From an uncultured Aquabacterium sp. (GTDB lineage Bacteria; Pseudomonadota; Gammaproteobacteria; Burkholderiales; Burkholderiaceae_C), in assembly GCF_913773725.1 (NCBI RefSeq), contig NZ_CAJYGK010000050.1, forward strand, positions 11,962 to 75,961: a stretch of DNA of 64,000 bases. Reading direction: 5' to 3'. Positions 46,013 to 55,820 of this stretch are shown here, piece after piece. A program made the position numbers and the translations under genes. How positions within the stretch are numbered: the first letter of the stretch is position 1; every line of letters begins with the position of its first letter. The notes beneath the pieces are model-generated. The model was given only the letters and a program-made list of their open reading frames with translations. It did not search any database and was not told where the DNA came from.

Positions 46013-46453
46013 ATGCCCGTCACGCGCCTGAGCGAGCCGGCAGGTCTGCCACCCGACCTGGTCTGGCGGATGGCTGGGTCCGAGGTCGGCTCATGGCGAT
46101 GGGTGGGCGACGACCTGCTGCTTCGGCTGGCCGTGGGCGCGGTGCATGGCACGCTGGACGCAGGACACGCCCCGACCGACGGGCACCTGCTGCCGCTGTG
46201 GGTGCGATGCGAAGGCGTCGCCGCGTCGGTGGCGCTGCCCGAGCATGGCGGCGCCCTGGGCGACGGACAGGTCGACCTCGGCGGCCACGTGCTCCGTGAG
46301 CTCCCCGTGCCCGGCGCGGTGACGGCGCCGGAAGGGGGCGAGTTGTGCCTGACGTTGACGTGGCGCCAGGGCATGCACGCCGCCCTGCGGTGCCGCGCGG
46401 TAAAGGTGGTGCCGGATGCGAGCAGCCGCCTGATCGAGTCCTGGGCCTGTTGA
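46013..46453 (+). CDS. Hypothetical protein (146 aa)
   Basis: Co-oriented ORF filling the gap between the CitE-like gene and the prpR 3' end; beta-rich; no motif recognised. Confidence 0.6.
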   Translation: MPVTRLSEPAGLPPDLVWRMAGSEVGSWRWVGDDLLLRLAVGAVHGTLDAGHAPTDGHLLPLWVRCEGVAASVALPEHGGALGDGQVDLGGHVLRELPVPGAVTAPEGGELCLTLTWRQGMHAALRCRAVKVVPDASSRLIESWAC

Positions 46454-46487
46454 GGGCACCGTCGACGGAGGTCTGCGTCGAGCGGCC

Positions 46488-48506
<2,019 letters not shown>

Positions 48507-48535
48507 GCAGGCGGCGTTTCAGAGGTTCGTTTCAT

Positions 48536-48549
48536 TGTTTCATGAAACA
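48536..48549. promoter_or_regulatory. PrpR-binding palindrome (upstream activating sequence)
   Basis: TGTTTCATGAAACA, one base pair different from the recalled Salmonella site CGTTTCATGAAACG; extra GTTTCA/TGAAA half-sites nearby. Confidence 0.75.
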
Positions 48550-48633
48550 CCTTGAAATGGGCCCTCTTTTTGAAACATCCATGGAACACGCCACGGTTCG
48601 CCACCGAACGAAATCCAGAAAAAAGTTCTTCTG

Positions 48634-48646
48634 ATTCAAAGGCTTG
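48634..48646 (+). promoter_or_regulatory. Probable IHF site between the UAS and the sigma54 promoter
   Basis: ATTCAAAGGCTTG, one mismatch to WATCAANNNNTTR, with an A6 tract upstream. Confidence 0.5.
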
Positions 48647-48684
48647 CCTTTCGCTGAGGCGGATACCGGCACCCCACGAAAGGC

Positions 48685-48699
48685 TGGCACGCACGTTGC
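48685..48699 (+). promoter_or_regulatory. Sigma54 -24/-12 promoter of the prpBC-acnD operon
   Basis: TGGCAC-GCACG-TTGC, 41 nt upstream of the prpB ATG. Confidence 0.88.
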
Positions 48700-48740
48700 G
48701 CTTGTACGGGCAACCCACCCGCACCCACCAAGGAGCACAC

Positions 48741-49625
48741 ATGGCCAACATGACCCCCGGCGCCCGTTTCCGCCAGGCTCTCCAGGAAGAATCCCCGCTG
48801 CAAGTGATCGGCGCGATCAACGCCAACCACGCCCTGCTGGCCAAGCGCGCCGGCTTCAAGGCGATCTACCTGTCGGGCGGCGGTGTGGCCGCGGGCTCGC
48901 TGGGCCTGCCCGACCTGGGCATCAACACGATGGACGACGTGCTGATCGACGTGCGTCGCATCACCGACGTGTGCGACCTGCCTCTGCTGGTCGACATCGA
49001 CACCGGCTTCGGCCCGAGTGCCTTCAACATCGAGCGCACCGTCAAGAGCCTGATCAAGGCCGGCGCCGCCGCCTGCCACATCGAAGACCAGGTCGGCGCC
49101 AAGCGCTGCGGCCATCGCCCCGGCAAGGAAATCGTGTCGACCGAAGAGATGGTCGACCGCGTGAAGGCCGCCGCCGATGCCAAGACCGACAAGGACTTCT
49201 TCCTGATCGCCCGCACCGACGCGATCCAGGTGCACGGCGTGGATGCGGCCATCGAGCGCGCCATTGCCTGCGTGGAAGCCGGCGCCGACGGCATCTTTGC
49301 CGAAGCGGCGTACGATCTGGACACCTACAAGAAGTTCGTGGACGCCGTGAAGGTGCCCGTGCTGGCCAACATCACCGAGTTCGGCAAGACCCCGCTGTTC
49401 TCGACCGACGACCTGCGCCCCACCGGCGTGGGCATGGTGCTCTACCCCCTGAGCGCCTTCCGGGCCATGAACAAGGCCGCAGAGACCGTCTACACCGCGA
49501 TCCGGCGTGACGGCCACCAGCGCAATGTCGTCGACATCATGCAGACCCGCGAGGAGCTGTATGACCGCATCGGCTACCACGCCTTCGAAGGCAAGCTGGA
49601 CGCGCTGTTTGCCGCCAAGAAGTGA
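48741..49625 (+). CDS. prpB: 2-methylisocitrate lyase
   Basis: [26 protein letters not shown]; RBS AAGGAG before the ATG. Confidence 0.96.
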   Translation: MANMTPGARFRQALQEESPLQVIGAINANHALLAKRAGFKAIYLSGGGVAAGSLGLPDLGINTMDDVLIDVRRITDVCDLPLLVDIDTGFGPSAFNIERTVKSLIKAGAAACHIEDQVGAKRCGHRPGKEIVSTEEMVDRVKAAADAKTDKDFFLIARTDAIQVHGVDAAIERAIACVEAGADGIFAEAAYDLDTYKKFVDAVKVPVLANITEFGKTPLFSTDDLRPTGVGMVLYPLSAFRAMNKAAETVYTAIRRDGHQRNVVDIMQTREELYDRIGYHAFEGKLDALFAAKK

Positions 49626-49688
49626 GTCGTCATCGACGACCCCGACCGTTTGACTGCTGAATCAACCTCTGACCAGGAGATCCCATCC

Positions 49689-50852
49689 ATGAGCGCCACG
49701 CCCGAGACCACCACGCCCGGTTTCAAGCCCAAGAAGTCCGTTGCCCTGTCGGGCACCGCGGCCGGCAACACCGCGCTGTGCACCGTGGGCCGTACCGGCA
49801 ATGACCTGGCCTACCGCGGCTACGACATCCTGGACGTCGCCACGACCTGCGAGTTCGAGGAGATCGCCCACCTGCTGGTGCACGGCAAGCTGCCCAACGT
49901 GGCCGAACTGGCTGGCTACAAGGCCAAGCTGAAGTCGCTGCGCGGCCTGCCCGCCGCCGTGAAGGTGGCACTGGAGCAACTGCCCCCTTCGAGCCACCCG
50001 ATGGACGTGATGCGCACCGGCGTGTCGGTGCTCGGTTGCGTCAAGCCCGAGAAGGAAGACCACAACCACCCGGGCGCCCGCGACATCGCCGACAAGCTGA
50101 TGGCCTCGCTGGGCTCGATGCTGCTGTACTGGTACCACTTTGCCTACAACGGCAAGCGCATCGAGGTGGAAACCGACGACGACTCGATCGGCGGCCACTT
50201 CCTGCACCTGCTGCACGGCGAAAAGCCGCGTGACAGCTGGGTGCGCGCGATGCACACCTCGCTGATCCTGTACGCAGAGCACGAATTCAACGCCTCGACC
50301 TTCACCTCGCGCGTGGTGGCCGGCACGGGTTCGGACATGTACTCGGCGCTGTGCGGTGGCATTGGCGCCCTGCGTGGCCCGAAGCACGGCGGCGCCAACG
50401 AAGTGGCCTTCGAGATCCAGAAGCGCTACGACAACCCGGATGAGGCCGAGGCCGACATCCGCGCCCGCGTGGAACGCAAGGAAGTCGTGATCGGCTTCGG
50501 CCACCCCGTCTACACCGTGAGCGACCCGCGCAACGTGGTCATCAAGAAGGTGGCCGAGGACCTGTCGAAGGAACAGGGCAACATGAAGATGTACAACATC
50601 GCCGAGCGCCTGGAATCGGTGATGTGGGACATCAAGAAGATGTTCCCGAACCTCGACTGGTTCAGCGCCGTGAGCTATCACATGATGGGCGTGCCCACCG
50701 ACATGTTCACCCCGCTGTTCGTGATCGCACGCACCTCGGGCTGGTCGGCCCACATCATCGAGCAGCGCATCGACGGCAAGATCATCCGCCCGAGCGCCAA
50801 CTACGTCGGCCCCGAAGACCAGGTCTTCGTGCCGCTGAAGGACCGCAAGTAA
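49689..50852 (+). CDS. prpC: 2-methylcitrate synthase
   Basis: [44 protein letters not shown]. Confidence 0.96.
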   Translation: MSATPETTTPGFKPKKSVALSGTAAGNTALCTVGRTGNDLAYRGYDILDVATTCEFEEIAHLLVHGKLPNVAELAGYKAKLKSLRGLPAAVKVALEQLPPSSHPMDVMRTGVSVLGCVKPEKEDHNHPGARDIADKLMASLGSMLLYWYHFAYNGKRIEVETDDDSIGGHFLHLLHGEKPRDSWVRAMHTSLILYAEHEFNASTFTSRVVAGTGSDMYSALCGGIGALRGPKHGGANEVAFEIQKRYDNPDEAEADIRARVERKEVVIGFGHPVYTVSDPRNVVIKKVAEDLSKEQGNMKMYNIAERLESVMWDIKKMFPNLDWFSAVSYHMMGVPTDMFTPLFVIARTSGWSAHIIEQRIDGKIIRPSANYVGPEDQVFVPLKDRK

Positions 50853-50864
50853 GCAGGCCAGAGG

Positions 50865-50899
50865 AAGGCGCCACATTGCCCCGGGTGATGTGGCGCCTT
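50865..50899. other. Intercistronic hairpin between prpC and acnD
   Basis: AAGGCGCCACAT-11 nt-ATGTGGCGCCTT. Confidence 0.7.
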
Positions 50900-50992
50900 T
50901 CTGCCTTGTGGCGGCGCGACGCTGCCACCCCGAACCGACGTCTGCCCCGACGCCCCGATCGTCCGCCCCACTTTGCTGACTGCCCCACGGCC

Positions 50993-53614
50993 ATGAGCAA
51001 CATCAACACCCAATACCGCAAGCCGCTGCCCGGCACGAACCTCGATTACTTCGACACGCAAGCTGCCGTCGAAGCCATCCAGCCCGGCGCCTGGGCCACC
51101 CTGCCCTACACCGCCCGCGTGCACGCCGAGAACATCGTGCGCAAGGCCGATCCGGCCATCGTCACCGATTGCCTCAAGCAGATCGTCGAGCGCAAGCGCG
51201 ACCTGGACTTCCCCTGGTTCCCGGCCCGCGTGGCGTGCCACGACATCCTGGGTCAGACCGCCCTGGTGGACCTGGCCGGCCTGCGTGACGCCATCGCCAA
51301 GGAAGGCGGCGACCCGGCCAAGGTGAACCCCGTGGTGCCCGTGCAGCTGATCGTGGACCACTCGCTGGCCGTGGAGTGCGGCGGCTTCGACCCGCAAGCC
51401 TTCCAGAAGAACCGCGACATCGAAGAGCGCCGCAACGAAGACCGCTTCCACTTCATCGAGTGGACGAAGAAGGCCTTCGCCAACGTGGACGTGATCCCCG
51501 CGGGCAACGGCATCATGCACCAGATCAACCTGGAGAAGATGTCGCCGGTGATCCATGCCGACAACGGCGTGGCCTACCCCGACACCTGCGTCGGCACCGA
51601 CTCGCACACCCCGCACGTGGACGCGCTGGGCGTGATCGCCATCGGCGTGGGCGGCCTGGAAGCCGAGAACGTGATGCTGGGCCGCGCCTCGTGGATGCGC
51701 CTGCCTGAAATCGTGGGTGTGAAGCTGACCGGCCAGCGCCAACCCGGCATCACCGCCACCGACGTGGTCCTGGCCCTGACCGAGTTCCTGCGCAAGAACA
51801 AGGTGGTGGGTGCTTACCTCGAGTTCTACGGCGAAGGTGCGTCGAAGCTGACGATTGGCGACCGCGCCACCATCTCGAACATGGCCCCCGAATACGGCGC
51901 CACCGCCGCCATGTTCAGCATCGACGAACAGACGCTGGAGTACCTGACGCTGACCGGCCGCACCGCCGAGCAGGTCAAGCTGGTCGAAACCTATGCCAAG
52001 ACCGCCGGCCTGTGGTCCGACAGCCTGAAGAACGCCGTGTACGAGCGCAACCTGGAGTTCGACCTGTCGAGCGTGGTGCGCAACATGGCCGGCCCGTCGA
52101 ACCCGCACGCCCGTGTGGCCACGTCGGATCTGGCCTCGAAGGGCATTGCCGGCCAATGGCAGATGCCGGCTGCCGGTGAAGGCACCATGCCCGACGGCGC
52201 CGTGATCATCGCGGCCATCACGTCGTGCACCAACACCTCCAACCCGCGCAACGTGATCGCCGCCGCCCTGCTGGCCCGCAACGCCAACAAGCTGGGCCTG
52301 ACGCGCAAGCCCTGGGTGAAGTCGTCGCTGGCCCCTGGCTCGAAGGCGGTGGAGCTGTACCTGAAGGAAGCCAACCTGCTGGGCGACCTGGAAAAGCTCG
52401 GCTTCGGCATCGTGGCCTTTGCCTGCACGACCTGCAACGGCATGTCGGGCGCGCTCGATCCGAAGATCCAGCAAGAGATCATCGACCGTGATCTGTACGC
52501 CACCGCCGTGCTCTCGGGCAACCGCAACTTCGATGGCCGCATCCACCCGTATGCCAAGCAGGCCTTCCTGGCCTCGCCCCCGCTGGTGGTGGCCTACGCG
52601 ATCGCCGGCACCGTGCGCTTCGACATCGAAAACGACGTGCTGACCGTGGTCGACGGCAAGGAAATCCGCCTCAAGGACATCTGGCCTTCTGACGAAGAGA
52701 TCGACGCCGTGGTGAAGGCCGCCGTGAAGCCCGAGCAGTACCGCGCGGTCTACGAGCCCATGTTCGCCATCCAGGCCGACAAGGGCGAGAAGGTGAGCCC
52801 GCAGTACGACTGGCGCCCGATGTCGACCTACATCCGTCGCCCGCCCTATTGGGACACCGAAGGCGTCGGCGCCCTGGCTGCCAACCCGCGCACGCTGAAA
52901 GCCATGCGCCCGCTGGCCATCCTGCCGGACAACATCACAACCGACCACCTGTCGCCGTCGAACGCCATCCTGCCGAACTCGGCGGCGGGCGAGTACCTGC
53001 ACAAGATGGGTCTACCGGAAGAGGACTACAACTCCTACGCCACCCACCGCGGCGACCACCTGACCGCCATGCGCGCCACCTTCGCCAACCCCACGCTCAA
53101 GAACGAGATGGTGCGCAAGGAAGACGGCAGCATCAAGGTGGGCTCGTGGGCCCGCGTGGAGCCCGAAGGCCAGGTGATGCGCATGTGGGAGGCCATGGAG
53201 ACCTACCTCAACCGCCGCCAGCCGCTGATCATCATCGCGGGCGCCGACTACGGTCAGGGCTCGTCGCGTGACTGGGCCGCCAAGGGTGTGCGTCTGGCCG
53301 GTGTGGAAACCGTCGTGGCCGAAGGCTTCGAGCGAATCCACCGCACCAACCTGATCGGCATGGGCGTGCTGCCGCTGGAGTTCAAGCCGGGCACCACCCG
53401 CCTGACCCTGGGCCTGGACGGCACCGAAACCTTCGACGTCGAAGGCGACCTCAAGCCCCGCGCCGACCTGACCCTGGTGATCCACCGCAAGAACGGTCAG
53501 ACCGAGCGCGTGACCGTGACCAGCCGCCTGGACACCGCCGAAGAAGTGTCGGTGTACGAAGCCGGTGGCGTGCTGCAGCGTTTCGCCCAGGACTTCCTGG
53601 CGGCGAACAAGTGA
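50993..53614 (+). CDS. acnD: Fe/S-dependent 2-methylcitrate dehydratase
   Basis: NTQYRKPLPG, RVACHDILGQTALVDLAG, AAITSCTNTSNPRNV, ACTTCNGMSG, TTDHLSPS. Confidence 0.95.
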   Translation: MSNINTQYRKPLPGTNLDYFDTQAAVEAIQPGAWATLPYTARVHAENIVRKADPAIVTDCLKQIVERKRDLDFPWFPARVACHDILGQTALVDLAGLRDAIAKEGGDPAKVNPVVPVQLIVDHSLAVECGGFDPQAFQKNRDIEERRNEDRFHFIEWTKKAFANVDVIPAGNGIMHQINLEKMSPVIHADNGVAYPDTCVGTDSHTPHVDALGVIAIGVGGLEAENVMLGRASWMRLPEIVGVKLTGQRQPGITATDVVLALTEFLRKNKVVGAYLEFYGEGASKLTIGDRATISNMAPEYGATAAMFSIDEQTLEYLTLTGRTAEQVKLVETYAKTAGLWSDSLKNAVYERNLEFDLSSVVRNMAGPSNPHARVATSDLASKGIAGQWQMPAAGEGTMPDGAVIIAAITSCTNTSNPRNVIAAALLARNANKLGLTRKPWVKSSLAPGSKAVELYLKEANLLGDLEKLGFGIVAFACTTCNGMSGALDPKIQQEIIDRDLYATAVLSGNRNFDGRIHPYAKQAFLASPPLVVAYAIAGTVRFDIENDVLTVVDGKEIRLKDIWPSDEEIDAVVKAAVKPEQYRAVYEPMFAIQADKGEKVSPQYDWRPMSTYIRRPPYWDTEGVGALAANPRTLKAMRPLAILPDNITTDHLSPSNAILPNSAAGEYLHKMGLPEEDYNSYATHRGDHLTAMRATFANPTLKNEMVRKEDGSIKVGSWARVEPEGQVMRMWEAMETYLNRRQPLIIIAGADYGQGSSRDWAAKGVRLAGVETVVAEGFERIHRTNLIGMGVLPLEFKPGTTRLTLGLDGTETFDVEGDLKPRADLTLVIHRKNGQTERVTVTSRLDTAEEVSVYEAGGVLQRFAQDFLAANK

Positions 53615-53621
53615 CCTCTCC
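53612..53621 (+). repeat. Left copy of 10-bp direct repeat TGACCTCTCC (includes the acnD stop)
   Basis: Identical to 55798-55807. Confidence 0.85.
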
Positions 53622-53627
53622 GAGCGC

Positions 53628-53690
53628 CTTCGCCTCCCACAAGGAGGCGGAGCCCGGGCAAGCAAAGTCCACGAGGCTTTGCTTGCCTGG
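53628..53690 (+). other. Two adjacent hairpins in the cassette leader
   Basis: CGCCTCC-CACAA-GGAGGCG (53631-53649) and GGCAAGCAAAG-9 nt-CTTTGCTTGCC (53657-53687); no U tract follows. Confidence 0.75.
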
Positions 53691-53723
53691 CGGTGGCCGG
53701 GCCCCGTTCGCAAACCCGAAACC

Positions 53724-54560
53724 ATGCTGACTTCTCTGCGCATCCGTCACTTCCGGGCCTGGCAAGACACCGGGCCCGTGCGGCTCGCGCCGCTCACCGT
53801 GTTCTTCGGTGAGCACGGCACCGGCAAGAGCAGCCTGGGCCATGCACTGGCCCTGCTGGATCCGCACGCCCACGCGGCGGTGTCTGACCAGCAGGCTGGC
53901 TTTGCGCTGGATGCGGTGTGGCAAGCCGGCGGTCTGCGTGTCAGTCGACACCTTTCCGCGGCATCGGCGCCTGAGCCCACGCCAGCCACCCTCACCTTTG
54001 TCGACACCGGGGCACAGGGAAGCCGCATCCCGCTGCCTTCGGCCGGCGACCCGGCCGCGTCGCACTGGCTGCACGCCATGGGCCTGGATGCGCCCTCGAC
54101 GGCCTCGCAAACCGGCCGCAGTGCCCGCCATGCGCGGCACCTGCTGGCGAACCTCTTCGACACCCCGCACGGTGGCACGGTGTGGCTCGAGCACCCCGAG
54201 GCCCACCTGCATCCCAAGGCCCAGGCCGTGCTGGCCGACGCCCTGATTGCGGCGGTCCAGGCGACGGCCACAGGGGATCGCCCGGGCGTTCAGTGCATCG
54301 TCGAGAGCCACTCCGAAGCCCTGCTCAACCGCCTGCAGCGCCGCGTGGCCGAAGCGGTGATCCCGCCCGACGACCTCGCGCTGTACGTGTGCCGCCTGCG
54401 CGGCCCGCATGCCGAACTGGAGGCGCTGCGGCTCAACGCCTATGGCGACATCGAGAACTGGCCCGAAGACCTCTTCGGCCACGACATGACCGACATCACC
54501 GCCCGCGCGCTGGCCGCCCTGCGCCGCCGCCAGGCCGACACCGGGGAGCCCCAGGCATGA
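53724..54560 (+). CDS. ABC/AAA_21-type ATPase with DUF3696-like C-terminus, internally shortened (278 aa)
   Basis: MLTSLRIRHFRAW N-terminus, Walker A GEHGTGKS, Walker B/D-loop VWLEHPEAHLHP, H-loop IVESHSE, tail GDIENWPEDLFG. Confidence 0.8.
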   Translation: MLTSLRIRHFRAWQDTGPVRLAPLTVFFGEHGTGKSSLGHALALLDPHAHAAVSDQQAGFALDAVWQAGGLRVSRHLSAASAPEPTPATLTFVDTGAQGSRIPLPSAGDPAASHWLHAMGLDAPSTASQTGRSARHARHLLANLFDTPHGGTVWLEHPEAHLHPKAQAVLADALIAAVQATATGDRPGVQCIVESHSEALLNRLQRRVAEAVIPPDDLALYVCRLRGPHAELEALRLNAYGDIENWPEDLFGHDMTDITARALAALRRRQADTGEPQA

Positions 54561-55105
54561 AGGCGGTGATCGACACCAACGTGCTGCTGGTGGCCAACGG
54601 CCAGCATGCGGACGTTTCGCCCGGCTGCGTGGCCGCCTGCGTGGCGCACCTGCAGGCCATGCAGGCCAGCGGCGTGACGGTCATCGACGACGGCCATCGC
54701 ATCCTGGACGAGTACCTGCACAAGACCCAGGCCAACCGCCCCAAGGGCGTCGGCGACGTGTTCCTGAAATGGCTGCTTCGCCAGGTGGCCAATCCTCAGC
54801 GCGTCGAACAGGTGCCACTGACAGAGACCGGCGAGCAGACCTACGCCGAGTTCCCGTCGACCGCCCTGCAACCCCGCTTCGACCCATCCGACCGCAAGTT
54901 CGCCGCCGTCGCCCACGCCCACCCCGACAAGCCGCCCATCTGGGAAGCCGCCGACAGCAAGTGGCTGGACTGGTGGCCGGCCCTCAAGGCCTGCGGCGTG
55001 CAGGTCGAGTTCCTCTGCCCCGAAGACACGTGCGACTTCTACCGCAAGAAGTTTCCGGACCACCCGCTTCCGCCGCTGCCTCGCGCACCGGCCACCTCAG
55101 CATGA
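54557..55105 (+). CDS. PIN-domain-like putative ribonuclease (182 aa)
   Basis: N-terminal VIDTNVL and acidic residues D6, E52, D112, D133 (ILDEY, DPSDRKF, AADSKW); ATGA overlap with the ATPase. Confidence 0.72.
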   Translation: MKAVIDTNVLLVANGQHADVSPGCVAACVAHLQAMQASGVTVIDDGHRILDEYLHKTQANRPKGVGDVFLKWLLRQVANPQRVEQVPLTETGEQTYAEFPSTALQPRFDPSDRKFAAVAHAHPDKPPIWEAADSKWLDWWPALKACGVQVEFLCPEDTCDFYRKKFPDHPLPPLPRAPATSA

Positions 55106-55800
55106 CGGATTTCTTTCGCTTCCCGCACACCCCGCACATCGCCTGGCTGGCTGCCGGTGAACCGCGCGAGGACAAGGTGCTGTCGCCCGCCGAGGCCCAT
55201 GCCCTGCTGGCACACAAGGTCGTGGTCGAAGAGAAGCTCGACGGCGCGAACCTCGGCTTCTCGCTCGACGAGCACGGCGAGTTGCGTGCGCAGAACCGAG
55301 GGCAGTATCTGAGCGATCCGCACGCCGGCCAGTTCGCCCGCATCCCGATGTGGCTGCAGCAGCATGGCGACGCCTTGCTGGCCGAGCTGACACCGGACCT
55401 CATCTTCTTCGGCGAATGGTGCGCCGCGCGCCACTCGCTGGACTATGGCGCCCTGCCCGACTGGTTCCTGTTGTTCGACGTGTACGAACGCAGCCAGGGC
55501 CGCTTCTGGAGCACAGCCCGCCGCAATGCGCTGGCCGCCCGCGCCGGCCTGGTCACCGTGCCCCGCCTGTTCGAGGGCCACACCACACTGGACGCGCTCA
55601 AACTCATGGTGTCCAGCACCCCGAGTCGCTACCGCAACGGCCCGCTCGAAGGCATGGTGATCCGCCACGAATCCGAAACCTGGTGTGAAAACCGCGCCAA
55701 GCTCGTGCGCCCCGATTTCACCCAGGCCATCGACACCCACTGGCGCAAACGCGCCATCGAATGGAACCGCGTCGACCACGATGCGGCCTACCGCAACTGA
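55102..55800 (+). CDS. Minimal ATP-dependent RNA ligase (Rnl2-like nucleotidyltransferase core, 232 aa)
   Basis: Motif I EKLDG (K45), Ia QNRG, III FFGEW, IIIa FLLFDV, IV EGMVIR, V RAKLV; no OB-fold domain; ATGA overlap with the PIN gene. Confidence 0.85.
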   Translation: MTDFFRFPHTPHIAWLAAGEPREDKVLSPAEAHALLAHKVVVEEKLDGANLGFSLDEHGELRAQNRGQYLSDPHAGQFARIPMWLQQHGDALLAELTPDLIFFGEWCAARHSLDYGALPDWFLLFDVYERSQGRFWSTARRNALAARAGLVTVPRLFEGHTTLDALKLMVSSTPSRYRNGPLEGMVIRHESETWCENRAKLVRPDFTQAIDTHWRKRAIEWNRVDHDAAYRN

Positions 55801-55807
55801 CCTCTCC
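55798..55807 (+). repeat. Right copy of 10-bp direct repeat TGACCTCTCC (includes the ligase stop)
   Basis: Identical to 53612-53621. Confidence 0.85.
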
Positions 55808-55820
55808 ACCGGACACAGCC

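Noticed and set aside
53565-53723. 53-aa N-terminal extension of the ATPase given in the ORF track
   Set aside because: Overlaps the acnD 3' end and the hairpins; MLTSLRI at 53724 is the family-typical start.
53724-55800. Cassette as an autonomous mobile element or prophage remnant
   Set aside because: No integrase, transposase, terminal inverted repeats or phage genes, and by eye the base composition resembles the host; only the direct repeat suggests a past insertion.
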